In this document: piece by piece, positions 37,263-50,288 of the stretch
Numbering within the stretch: position 1 is the stretch's first letter
How the letters are laid out: every line of letters starts with the position of its first letter
Origin: Azolla caroliniana
Lineage: Eukaryota > Plantae > Polypodiophyta
Assembly (NCBI GenBank): GCA_043228905.1
Contig: JBHGNT010000006.1
Location: 992,001 to 1,056,000 of the forward strand
Length of the DNA stretch: 64,000 bases
Reading direction: 5' to 3'
The notes under the pieces: model-generated
What the model was told of the DNA's origin: nothing
Database searches by the model: none
What the model saw: only the letters and a program-made list of their open reading frames with translations
Position numbers and translations under genes: made by a program

Positions 37263-40200
37263 ATGGAGGAGGCAACAGCTCCTGCTGCGACACCACCGCC
37301 GCCGCCGACTACTACTACTACTGCCAACACTGCTGTGCCTTCGAAGAGCTTGCAGGAATTGGCCATGGAAGGGCAAAAAGTGCTGGAAGGAACAGTAGAG
37401 GCGGCCCATGAGACCCTGGCCTCCATGAATGAAGTTCTCTGCAACCCGGCCCTATGGGTAACCTCTCAACCCAACCCGCCGGCAACGGTGGCGGCACCAT
37501 CGTCATCGTTGGGGCCGATGACGTCACCATCAGCCCTGACGTCGCCATCATCGGTGGCAAGTGCGGCGGTGACATCATCATTGTCTGCCGTCACATCATC
37601 TTCATCGCCGTTGGCTGAAACGGATGTTAATCGAACCAATCCAAGTGAGCAAGAGGCTGGATGGGCAGCCCTTGATGAATCTCGGTTACGTCTCCGATCT
37701 TCCACAACTTCTCTTCGGACAGTCATCACTGCCATTTTCAACTCTCCTGAGGTTACTTCTTGTTTCTACGCTGAATTTTAATTTCATGTTTTATTTACAC
37801 TGCTTTGCAAAAATTTGAGGTAAAAAATTCCATAGCCAGCTGCTGCATAGTATCCAGGATTTTTTGTATTACTAATAATCTGAGTTTCCATTTCTTAAAA
37901 AGATCGTTTTTGTAAAATTGAGGTCAGAATCAACATAGCTTGACTGCTTCATATTATTGTTTGGGATACATTTTCTTCACTAATAGTCCAACGTTCTTTT
38001 TTGTGCATAGGGATTTGGTAATTAAGAAAAAATAAATGGATTTAGAAAAATGTAGGTCGAAATCACCATAGCTAAGCTGCTGCTGCATAATGTTCTGGAA
38101 AGGATTCTTTGCTAATTGGTCTAGTTTCATCTTAATGATTTAGTTCAAAATCACACTGATACATTGTATCCTAGGTTTTTGTATCCATACTAATCCGTGG
38201 AATTCCCTTTTAGGCATAGGAAACCATGAGAAAACACATTGAATGGATAGGAATATATAATGTCCCTTTCTTGGTTTTCTTCCTTTTTGCAAAATTTGGT
38301 TGAAATCGCCACAGATACCTGGCTGGTACGTTTTTCTTGGAAATTAAATTTCTTTATGGATTGGCCAAGTTTCCTTTTGGTGCATAAAAAAACATGAGAA
38401 AACATACTGATTTTCAAAAACTAGATCAAAATCACCATTATTAGGCTGCTGAATTGGCGTTTGGGAAAAAAATATTGATTACAAACTGACGGGGTTCCTT
38501 TTCATAATTTATGTTGGACAGAATTGCCATATCTAGACTGATACCTATACCTATATTATATATATATTTATTATGACATTGAAGGTTCTATTTGAACATT
38601 GTAAATGTATATTCCTCGGGCATTTTCATCCCCCTTCTTATTATGACATTGAAGGTTCTATTTGAACATTGTAAATGTATATTCCTCGGGCATTTTCATC
38701 CCCCTTCTTATTATATGACATTGAAGGTTCTATTTGAACATTGTAAATGTAGATCCCTCGGGCATTTTCATCCCCCTTCTTTGCATCTCTTAATAATATG
38801 GCTGTGATTTGTCACTACGTGCGATTATCTATACCTTGGGATCCCTTGGCTCGTAGCTATTCAACCAACGAAAAAGGCATCCCATAAACATACTTCTGAT
38901 CTGAATGAGAGTTGTTGCAAGCTGTGGGGATAAGCTCTACCCCCTCCAGATTAACCCAAGTTTGAAAGAAGGGTAGCCTAAAGATCCCGTGTTTGGGAAA
39001 TTATATTGTTACTGTTTGGACGAGTTTCCATTTCATGCATAGGAATTTTGTGGAGTACGTAAATGCTGGATTTTAATCACTTTCCAAAACATCGATTGCC
39101 GATTTATTAGAAAAATTCCCATTGCTAGGTTTCTGCTGCAAATCCTTTGGGAAATATTTTGTCAGAAATTTTGGCCCCTTCATGAATAATTATTTAGCTG
39201 GATTGAGGGCACCCTTTTCCTGAACATTGGCCAAGGACGATGTCATGATCTGATGTTCTAATCATAATTCTGAGTAGTCAAGAGAGAAAATAAGCCAAAG
39301 GAAAAAATAAATAAGTTATTGATTAAATGTGTTTGGATTTTGGGTTTAAGACCTTGAATCCTGTTTTAGAAAGGAAAAACAAAGTGATGAGAATCAAACC
39401 TTTCCATGGAATTGCTCATGTTTCAATGGCAATTACCAAATCATATATTTGGAACTAACCATGCCTTTTAATTTTCCTGAGGTATTTGGCAGATAATAAT
39501 GGCCACAATGTTACCTTGCTTTTCTACCAGCTGAAACTATGATACTTTTTATCTCTTTGCATTAGAGGGATGCCAATGGCCATTCACAAAATTATTGGAC
39601 AAGATGAGATGAATTACATTGGGTTCCGAATATATCAGGAATTGAAAAGTCTTAATAGACAAAATTGAGTGAAGGAAAGTACTACCCAGTCTAGATTTTA
39701 AAAGTCCGACTTTGTGTATCCTTGATAGGGACAACGACAAATATCCCATGTCCATGTTCCCAATAGCATTGCTTTTTAGCCAGTCTTTCGATGGATACTG
39801 TGTCTTGGCACTAGCGAGATATTGCTAAAGTTGATGTATAACATGTTAATAACTAAAAGAAATTAAGGAAAAAGCATCTCTGTATTAACATGTTATACAT
39901 CAACTTTAATTGATGTATAACATGTTCATAACCAAAAAGAAATTAAGAAAAAAGCATCTCTGTATGAAAACTAAAGAAACAACAGGAAAGGAAACTCATT
40001 AAAGAGTTGTTGCTTTTCAGAACCAAAACTACAAGTCAATTTAAATAGACCAAAGAAAATGGTTTCTGATCTTTGTTTTCAGTTGCTGCTGGTATTCTTT
40101 TCCCAGAAATTAGGTATTTTGGTGATATGCTGAAATTAGGGGATCTGCTACCTACAACAATTAGGGTTTTATGATTTTTGGTTCTGTCTTACAAGCAAAG

Positions 40201-41561
40201 CTTCATGAGAACGTGGAAGATGGATGTATTTTATTAATGTAGAGAGATATTTTTTCCGTCTATGGTTGACCTATTGTGGATCTAGAGAGAGAAAGAAAGA
40301 AAGAAAGAAAGAAAGAAATATTAACGTCTTTTAAAAGGCCAAAATGGCCTATAAGACCAAATAAGAGATTACATCTTGAGTGTTTTCTCGTCTTTGAGAA
40401 CAAATCAAAATAAAATAAATATTACACAGTAAATATAAAAGTAAATAAGATGAAAAGAGAAGAAACGAGGGAATGTGGTTGTTGGCACATGTGAGATTCT
40501 CAAGTTAGGTATATTGTAGCTTTTGTCTTCGAAAGATCTCTAGCATAGGTCAATCCAGAATGGAAATGTCTCTGAAGCGAGGGAAGCACCTACGATGATA
40601 CAAAATCTGATGCTCACCTCCATATGACTGAGCCTACTCTAGTCTTACGGAATTGATAGCATATTTGTGCATATGCATATAAAAGATGACTCAACACCAC
40701 ACATCCTTATGGAACAACGATATACACACGTCTATCTTAAACTACACTACTCGATGATCCACTTGTATGAAAAACTTCCAAACATGCAAAACACACAACC
40801 AACGGCATGGCTATGATGTCATATACTCGAGCTGTAAATCCTTTGCTCCTGTGTGATTGATCCCTGTCATTTTTCTGCTCTCCAAACATTGTCTTCCAGC
40901 AACCACAAATATGATTTTAATAATACTGGCCATTTTATTCATATGCAATCCATGGTTGTTATGAATTAGCATTTATGGGTTTATCAGTCTAGGATTCATG
41001 ACCGACCATTGTGTGGAGACCGGTAATAGCTTAAATATCACCAAGGACCCAAAAAAGTTAAGCCTACTTAATTATTGTCTCGGGATATAATGTCATGGTC
41101 AAAGTTGGGATGTGACCATTCCTCTTCTCATATCTTTCACAAAAATTGCAACAAAGAGGTAGAAGAGTTTATTCAATTTAGGCTTGGACCAAATCACTAT
41201 TGTTTTAAGACATTTGTCATACACTTCGAATGAACAATCACTTTTCTGGAGTTTGAATCGACGTTTGGGTTTGCAGATTAGAGACCAAGAGGATCCTTCA
41301 AATGGTCTCATTGACCAATCTGATCCTGATGAGTTAGAGAAGCTGGAAAAGCGGGTTGCCGAGTTGAGAGAGGTATTTATATCTTATTCCATGTACTCTA
41401 TCTCAAATATGATTCATGCGGTACATGCTTATGTGAACATTTTTTTGTTCTGGATTAAAAAACAGGAAGTTATGAACAAAAATAAAGTTGTGAAGGTTCT
41501 CATTGATGAGCTCCGGGATTTTATTAGTGACATATCGATGTGGCAAAGTTCTAGTCTCTAG
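37263..41561 (+). CDS. MED30: Mediator of RNA polymerase II transcription subunit 30. Exons 37263-37751, 41277-41372, 41466-41561 (226 aa)
   Basis: [17 protein letters not shown]...[19 protein letters not shown]...TSLR.V, ELEKLE.R...LR and [19 protein letters not shown] match plant MED30 as I recall it. Both introns are phase-0 GT-AG. Confidence 0.9.
38568..38780. repeat. Three tandem copies of a unit of about 70 bp in MED30 intron 1
   Basis: TTATTATGACATTGAAGGTTCTATTTGAACATTGTAAATGTATATTCCTCGGGCATTTTCATCCCCCTTC x3, nearly identical. Confidence 0.95.
39826..39965. repeat. Direct-inverted-direct micro-rearrangement in MED30 intron 1
   Basis: A perfect 26-bp inverted repeat (39826-39851 / 39883-39908) is followed by a second direct copy of TTGATGTATAACATG...GCATCTCTGTAT. 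Confidence 0.88.
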
Positions 41562-42020
41562 CAAATATAGCATAAATCAGATGATGTCTAGTTTCACACT
41601 AATGTGTACATTGCATCCAAAGCTGTTGTAACACTTGTGATAAATATAACCTTTGCGTGAAGTTTGTGGTTTCATTTTTGGGAGCCAAATCCTTTCTTCA
41701 CCTTTGAGTAGAATTAGTATAACAATGTGGTTAATTACAAATCAAGTTACGAGATGTGAATACAAACTGATAGAAATTGTTAGTGTATTGCATGTTGGTG
41801 TGTAATTTATAAGGTGCTCTTCTTGATAACTCATATTTGATGATGCTACTTATATTTGTTCATGATGATGGATCTCTTTTGGCATTTTACTCGTATTTTG
41901 AGTGCAACAAATTATTCATGATTTCAATTGGAATGAACAAAGCAATACCGTCTACTTTGATGGCATGTTGAAATGATAGCTATATCAAACTGATTTACTC
42001 CTTTAAACATGGAGCCTAAA

Positions 42021-42074
<54 letters not shown>

Positions 42075-43572
42075 ATTGAGGTCATTTTGATAGTGGCACC
42101 ATCTATTAATGTTGGCAAAGATATGGTACATAGCCATGTGTTAGAAGCAACTAGCTATTTGAAGCATCAAAGTAATAGTCTTATCAAAATCCATTGAAAC
42201 GAAATAATAAATGATTGGACCTCTCACATTGCAGCATGCTTTATTTGTAAAAGCATTTCTACCCAGATAATTCTCTAAAGGGGAGAATTAATGACAAAAT
42301 ACAGCCACTTCAAGTACATGAGCTTTCTTGACCACAATTCATGAAAGTTTTTTGGAAAATGTAGTTCCAAATAAGTGTACTTTCATTTGAGGAACATGTG
42401 ACATAGAATGTAAATATCTAACGAAATGTGTGCACCTATATGGGAAATTGGAGTTGTTCTTGTATAGGATCATGCTCCTCAAATTTGAATTTCTAAGGTG
42501 ATAGAATGAAATGGTAAGGGTCACGTTCATAATTACGTTTCCCGATTCCATAGTGGGGACTCTGGAGTAAGCAATAGGGATAGAAGGTGAAGTCCAAATT
42601 TCAAATTTTGTTTGCTAAATTTGGAACATTTTTGCTAGAATAGGTAGGATGTTTTTCTAGAGAGCAAGGAAAATTCACATAAGAACCATGCATACATGTG
42701 GGCTATGAACTTTGGTACTTTGAATTATGTCTCGTTGAGTCCCATAGGCTTTCAACCACGTGGGCTTCAAATCACTTGTACTTTGGATCACATTTGGTTA
42801 GAGCACGTGTGCTTTTGAGACGTGTACCTCATACCAACACTCACCAAGTTTCCACAAAGTTATGCTAGTTGCACGTGTTGTTACATAGGCCAACACGATC
42901 ATCTTCCTCTTCTTGGTTGATCAAAACACTCTTTATTTTTTAGTTGAGCTTCCCTGAAACGCTTTGATACTCATGTTGTGGGATTATAGTCCATGCCATT
43001 ATTGCGTGTTCTATGAGCATAATATGCTTTCACCTATAAATTAGCTTCGCATGCATCTATCCTGCCACCTTGTTATGCCTAATTTCGTGTATCCACAAAA
43101 AGTAATGCAACAAACATGGCCACTTTCTCAACTTGCCATTACATTCCTTACAAAGTGTTTTTACAATGGGGCAATGACCATGCCCTATCTTCCCATTAAC
43201 CTTAGGGTTGTCTTTGTAGGAGACAAGTTGATCCCCAATTGTGAAAAGTGCTCTTTTTCTTTAATCACATCCAACTCACTCCTACCATGATCCTTTCCAT
43301 ATTCGTATTTGCAGAGGACATCTTTAAAGGAGTTTGTGGAAATGGAGAGCAATCATGTTGCTCAACACAATATATAAGATATTTGTGAATATACTGGCCA
43401 AGAGGGTAAAACCCTACTTGCATGAACTAATCCATGTTGGACAAGTAGGGTTCATGGAAAACAAATACATAATTGATAATGTGTCTCATGCTAGACTTTG
43501 AGAAGGCATATGATAGAGTTCGATGGCCTTTTTTAGAAAAAGTCATGGTGGGGTTGGGATTACCCTTAAAAT

Positions 43573-46500
43573 TGATAGAAATTGACGCTTTCAAAACCTT
43601 CACAATGGCGAGCTGCAAGGCGACGACCTTGATCTCGCTGTCCTCGCCACAAGCGGCGGTATTACACAGAGGCGTCGACCTCTTCCTTTCTCTCTCTCTC
43701 ACTCTCTCTCTCTCTCGGCTGCTCTCACTTCGCTCCCTCTCAGTGGAAAACAGAAAAATGAGCAACAACTACAAAACTGTTTGCCCTAAGTCATATTTAT
43801 ACACATATGACTTTCGGGCTATTTACAAATATAGCCTCAAGGTCCCTTGGCAAACATATTCACAAATATGTCCCCGCATCCGGATCTCTCTCCGGGTACA
43901 TTCGTCATCCGGCTCCGTAGCCGGGGTCTTCATCATCCGGATCCTGAACCGGGTCTTCATCATCCGGCTCCGATACCGGGTACTCCTCATTCGGGTCTTC
44001 ATTCCCGATTCCCGGACATCCGACCATCCCATCCGGAGGGACCGTAATCCCAACAAACTCCCCCTTCACTTCGGCATGGGATGTCTTTCCAGTCCGACCC
44101 TCTTCCGGCACGCTTCCAGCTTGTCGGGTGTGAGCACTTTGGTCAGCATGTCTGACCCGTTCTCGTTCGTGTGGATCTTCGTCAGCACGAACTCCTGGTC
44201 TTCTATCCTTTCCCGGATCCAGTGATATCTTCGCTGGATGTGCTTCGTCCGGGAGTGATAGGCCGCATTCTTCGCAAGGTGGATGGCACTCTGACTGTCG
44301 TAGTAGAGTCGGTACTCCTCCTGCCGGATACCGAGCTCTCTAATGAAGTCCTTCATCCATATTATTTCCTTGCCGGCTTCAACAGCCGCCATGTACTCCG
44401 CCTCCGTGGTTGACAACGCAACCGTCTTCTGCAGCCTCGACTGCCACGAAACAGCTCCCCCTGCATACGTCATCACATACCCTGATGTGGACCGGCTGGT
44501 ATCTGCATCAGCCGACATATCCGAATCGGTAAAGCCGTCGAGTTCGGGCTTACCGGAGCCGAATCGGAGGCACACGTTTGCCGTGCCCTTCAGGTATCGG
44601 AGTATCCACTTGGCCGCGTTCCAGTGCTCTTTGCCGGGATTGCTCATGTACCGGCTCACCACTCCGACTGCATATCCTATGTCCGGTCTTGTACACACCA
44701 TTGCGTACATCAAGCTTCCGACGGCAGAGGCATATGGTACTTTCATCATGTCCTCCTTCTTAGCCTTTGTCTTGGGGCTTTGCTTGCTGGACAACTTGCA
44801 GTTTGCCGGGAGGGTTGACCCAACCGGTCTTGCTTCCGACATGTTGAACCGGTGAAGCACCTTTGTCACGTACTTCTCCTGTGACAGCCACAACTGCTTC
44901 TTCTTCCGGTCCCGGATGATGTGCATCCCTAGTATTTGCCTCGCCGGACCCAGGTCCTTCATTGAGAAGGTTCGGTGAAGCGCTTTCTTCAGCATCCGTA
45001 TCTTGACCTGGTCCCGTCCGACGATCAATATGTCGTCCACGTACAGGAGGAGTATTAGAAAGTCTCCTCCTTCGAACTTCTTCACAAACACGCAGTGATC
45101 GGACTGCGTTTTGTGGTACCCTTCGTCGGTCATGAAAGAGTCGAACTTCCGGTACCATTGCCGGGGAGCCTGCTTTAGTCCGTAAAGGCTCTTCTTCAAC
45201 CGGCATACCAGGTGCTCCTTCCCTTTCTTCTCGAATCCTTCCGGTTGCTGCATGTAGATCTCTTCTTCGAGGTCACCGTGAAGGAATGCCGTCTTCACGT
45301 CCATCTGTTCTACCTCGAGGTCCATGCTTGCCGCTATGCTCAGCACCGTCCGGATGGAGGTCATCTTCACTACCGGGGCAAATATCTCGTCGAAGTCGAC
45401 GCCCTTCTTCTGCTGGAACCCCTTCACCACGATCCTGGCTTTGTATCTCGGGGGGTTTCCGGCATCTCCCGGTTTCAGCTTGAACACCCACTTGTTTCGA
45501 AGTGCCCGCTTTCCTTTCGGCAACTCCACAAGTTCATATGTGTGGTTCTCATGCAGGGAATCCATCTCCTCCTGCATGGCACTTAGCCACCTGCGGCTAT
45601 GGGTGTCAAGCTTTGCTTCTTCAAAACTCTCCGGCTCCCCCTCGTCAGTTAGCAGCACGTGCTCTGGTTCCGGAAATCTCCGGGGGGCCCTTCTCTCTCT
45701 TAGAGGATATCTCCGTTTCGGAGCTTCGGTAACCGGCTCCTTCGTTTCCTCTTCATCCGAATCCATTTCGGGATCGGGGCCGGTTCCGGTATCAGTTTCA
45801 TCTTCCTCGGCCGGTTCTGTTTCTTCACCGTCTTCGGCCGGATCCTCGAGTGCTAACCGGTCCCTTGCCGGTCGGGACTGCTCCTCGTAGAGTTGATCCT
45901 CACCGGTCGACTTGGAGCTCTTCATCTTCTTATCCGACTCCCAGTCGGCGAGTGTCTTGTCCTCCATGAAGATGATATCACGACTCCGGAATATCTTTTT
46001 GTCGACCGGGTCCCATACTCGGTAGCCGAACTCGTCATCGTCGTAACCGAGGAATATGCATGGCCGGGTCTTTGGATCTAGCTTTCCTCTCCGGTCCTTT
46101 GCCACATGCACATATGCGAGACACCCGAACACCTTCAGATGCCGGTAGGATACTTCCCTACCGGTCCACACTCTCTGCGGCGTGTCTCCGTCCAAAGGTA
46201 CTGAGGGTGATCTGTTTATCACGTATGTCGCCGTCGACATTGCCTCAGCCCAAAACCCCTTGGGTAATTTCGCATGCGCCAGCAATACTCCGGACCCTCT
46301 CCATTATGGTCCGGTTCATCCTCTCGGCCAGCCTGTTCAGTTCCGGCATCTTCGGCACAGTAAACTCGAGCCGGATTCCCTTCGAGCGACAGTACTCCTC
46401 GAATTGCCCCCGGTATTCCCCTCCGTTATCCGCTCGTATCGCTTTCAGCTTCTTGCCGGATTCCCTTTCCACTCTCGCGTGGAGTTCTTTGAAGACGCAC

Positions 46501-48680
46501 AACACTTGGTCCTTTGTCTTCAACGGTGCCGTCCACAGCTTCCGGCTGTGGTCATCAATGAATGTTACGAAGTACTGGGCTCCGCCATGTGACTTCGTTT
46601 CTACTTGACACACGTCAGAGTGCACCAACTCCAATGGTGCGCTACGTCTCGTCGGTGGCCTTGAGTGGAAGGAGGTTCGGTTCTGCTTACCGGCCAGGCA
46701 ATCAATGCACTTCTCCAGGTGCACATGCTTCACTGGAATAAGGTTGTCTTCTGCAAGCCTCTTCATCCCCTTCTCACTCATGTGGCACAGTCTCTTGTGC
46801 CATAGCTCACCGGCAGTGTCGGCTGCCACGTTCAACTCCTCCGGACACAACCAAGCATTCATAAGGTACAATGTGTTGACTTTCCGGGCCCGAGCCACTA
46901 TCAGGCTCCCCTTGCTGAACTTCATTACGCAGTTCCGGATGCTACCTGTGTAGCCTTCATCGTCTAGCCTCCCGGCCGAAATCAGGTTCAATCGAACCTC
47001 CGGAACGTGTCAGACATCCTTCAACAACATTTTGCATCCGGTCGAGGTTGTCAACCACACGTCTCCTATGCCGGCAATCCGGCACGTACCTTCATTTCCC
47101 ATCCGAACACAGCTATGCTCACCGGCTGTGTAGGATGAGAAGTATCTTCTTTCCGGGGTCAGGTGGAACGACGCTCCGGAATCGACCACCCAGGTAGTCT
47201 CATCGCCGGCAATGTTTAGTTCACCTTCTTCGGTGATGAGCATGATCTCCTCTTCACTTGCCGCGAGTGCCGTCGTTCCTTTCCGGTCCTGCCCTCGCCG
47301 ATCCGAACCATTCCGGTCCGTGGCTCCCCGGTAAGCACCGTTCCGTTCCGAAGACTTCTTCGAATCGGTGTCGTCGGCTCCGTTGTCTTTTCGGTAATGC
47401 CGACAATTCTTTCGGAAGTGCCCCGGCTTCCCACAGTGGAAGCATGTGGGCCTTCCTCTTGACTGCGACCGGGTCCCCGACTTCTCCCGTCTTTGCGGAC
47501 TCCGGTTCCGTTGTCTTCCCCGATCCGATTCGGTAAGCAGCATCTTCGGATCGGAGGCCGGTTCTTTATCTGTCCGACGCGCTTCTTCGTTCAAAATGCT
47601 TGTCTTTACCGTTTGTAGGGACAAGTTATCTTCGGTGCAGGAGGTGCTGAGAGTCACCACCAAGTTCTCCCAGCTTTCCGGCAATGTACACATCAGCATG
47701 ATGGCTTGCATTGCATCCTCCAACGGGAACTTGATCGCCGCAAGCTGGTTCACGAATCCCATGAACGTGCTTACGTGTTCCACCATACTCTCGCCGTCCC
47801 GGTACTTGAGGTTCACTATCTTCCTCATCAGGGAGGTCCGGTTCAACGCATTCTTCCTCTCGTAGAGGCCCGACAGCTTCTGCCACATCTCATATGCGTT
47901 GGTGTCGTTCGCCACATGTTGTAGAACGCTCACGTCGACGTATTGCCGAATGGTTGCAACGGCTTTCCAGTTCAGAAGCCTCCATTCCGTCTCAAGTACC
48001 CCCTTGGGTATTTCCGACCTGTCGATCGGTTCATATAGGTCCCGAACAATGAGCAGATCCTCCATCTTTATCTTCCAGTCGGCGTAGTTCTGCGCATTCA
48101 GCACCATCATCCCCGGCTGCCCGCTGCTGCCGCCTTCCATTTTCTGCACTGCAGTCGCTCTGATACCAGATTGATAGAAATTGACGCTTTCAAAACCTTC
48201 ACAATGGCGAGCTGCAAGGCGACGACCTTGATCTCGCTGTCCTCGCCACAGGCGGCGGTATTACACAGAGGCGTCGACCTCTTCCTTTCTCTCTCTCTCA
48301 CTCTCTCTCTCTCGGCTGCTCTCACTTCGCTCCCTCTCAGTGGAAAACAGAAAAATGAGCAACAACTACAAAACTGTTTGCCCTAAGTCATATTTATACA
48401 CATATGACTTTCGGGCTATTTACAAATATAGCCTCAAGGTCCCTTGGCAAACATATTCACAAATATGTCCCCGCATCCGGATCTCTCTCCGGGTACATTC
48501 GTCATCCGGCTCCGTAGCCGGGGTCTTCATCATCCGGCTTCGTAGTCGGGGTCTTCATCATCCGGATCCGGAACCGGGTCTTCATCATCCGGCTCCGATA
48601 CCGGGTACTCCTCATTCGGGTCTTCATTCCCGATTCCCGGACATCCGACCATCCCATCCGGAGGGACCGTAATCCCAACA
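43573..48680 (-). mobile_element. Full-length Ty1/Copia (5' LTR 48680-48172, 3' LTR 44055-43573, TSD AAAAT)
   Basis: Near-identical LTRs, PBS TGGTATCAGAGC at 48168-48157, PPT GAAGGGGGAG adjacent to 44058, and AAAAT on both flanks. Confidence 0.96.
44066..48140 (-). pseudogene. Tnt1-like Copia gag-pol with a premature stop (47012-47010) and a frameshift (about 46285)
   Basis: Three consecutive ORF pieces: gag/CFHCGKPGH/VVDSGAS, then GAG-pre-integrase and integrase, then RT (LLYVDD) and RNase H. Confidence 0.92.
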
Positions 48681-49657
48681 AAAATGGAGATCGTTTGCTC
48701 TGGCCCTTTACAAAGGAAGCTCGAATAGGGTGTTGTTGACGGGGCATCAGGGCCCATCGATTATATTAAGCAAGTCTGTTAGGTAGGGGTGCCCATTGGC
48801 CCCCTACATTTATTTATTTATTACAGAGGCATTCTCTTTCTTTTTGAACAGACTAGATGCGGGAATAAAGGGTTTAGTTGTTCCACATGAGAGCAAGGAT
48901 TTGCTTGACTCTGAGGATGCAAATGATACTATGCTTTACTTGCAAGGCAATGACGCTAATTTACAAAAGGGTGAAGGACGGATTGAGTTGTTTTGCAAAG
49001 CGTCAGGGGGAAAATTAACTGGAACAAAAGTAGAGGATTTTGGGTAAGTTCAAACCCACGACCACTTTGGTGTCCTAATGTTGATTTTCAATGGGTCCCC
49101 AATGGAATGGATGTTAAGTATTTGGGCTTTTTGGTGGGAGTCGAGACACCTAAAAATCAGCAACTCAAGCAGGTGAAAGACAAAATTAGAAAAAAACTTC
49201 GGTTGTGGGCATCAGTAAAGCTTTCCCTTGCCGGTAGGATGGATGTGGTGAACCATATTTTGCTAGCCACCATGTGGCACTCAGTGGCATGTTGGATGTT
49301 AGAAAAAGCCCGCATAAAAATATTAAGGCAATGGTGAGAGGGTTCCTTTGGGCGGGTAGAGACAATGAGATGGCGTTAGCTAAAGTGGCGTGGGTTGGTT
49401 AATTAAGGCGAAGAATAAGGGAGGACCTGGATTGGTGGATCCGGTTCACCAAAGTAAGGCTCTACTTGGTAAGCTTCTAGTGCGAAGTCTGTAACCTAGA
49501 CAAAAATTGTAAAAGGTGCTCCTTAGGAATAGAGCTGACCTATGGTGTCCTAGGAATGGTGGTCCTTGGTAGCAAATACGTGGTGGTTGTTCAGTCCAAC
49601 TCTAAAGTTGAAAGAACCGACTAACACGAAGGATAAGGTGGTTCGCGCCATAATGAA

Positions 49658-49912
49658 TGATGAGGATACTATTGGCCACAACTAGTTAACACATGTGTAT
49701 ATGAGGGGTGTAGAGATAGAAATGATAGAAAACTGAAGACGAAACAAAAGTACAGAGACACAAGAATTTTATGTGGAAAACCCGGAAAGGGAAAAAACCA
49801 CGGGAGTCCGCAAACTCCAAGAAATGACTATATGTGTGTAAGGTATACAACAAGAAAACTACAAGGCAACAAACTTGAGTTCCTCTTTGTCGGACTGACG
49901 GTTACAGAGGAG

Positions 49913-49967
<55 letters not shown>

Positions 49968-50288
49968 CTCTCTCTCTCTCTCTAGTTACAGAGGCAACTA
50001 CTAGCTATAACTTTTACAGTAGTCAACAACTCCATCCAAAATGGTCTTCCCTAGTTGTATTTATACTAACACAACTTTTACGACTATTTACAAGTATGAC
50101 CTGAAAAGGCGCAACAAAACCTATTTACAAATATGGCCTTTTCTAGATGCCTCTCCGGATCCGGTCTCGCTTCTTCATCGGATTCATATGATCCGACTCT
50201 CGAACTTTTTTCCTTTCCAATGTTGGTTCCTTGGACTCCAATCCGGCTCGTGCTCTCCTTCCCATTCGGATGGACTTGTTTCCTAACA
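49658..50288 (-). mobile_element. Solo LTR (631 bp) inserted in the LINE, TSD ATGAA
   Basis: TGATGAGGA...TCCTAACA termini with ATGAA on both sides (49653-49657, 50289-50293). It has internal (CA)n/(CT)n and a GTGGAAAACCC...GGGAAAAAACCACGGG motif like those of plant Copia LTRs, which is the basis for the orientation. Confidence 0.85.

Noticed and set aside
42955-43000. Degenerate PBS (GCTTTGATAC) next to TGTTGTGGG
   Set aside because: Suggests an old LTR remnant, but boundaries cannot be defined.
43473-44225. 250-aa ORF
   Set aside because: Chimeric: LINE RT codons reading into an antisense Copia LTR.
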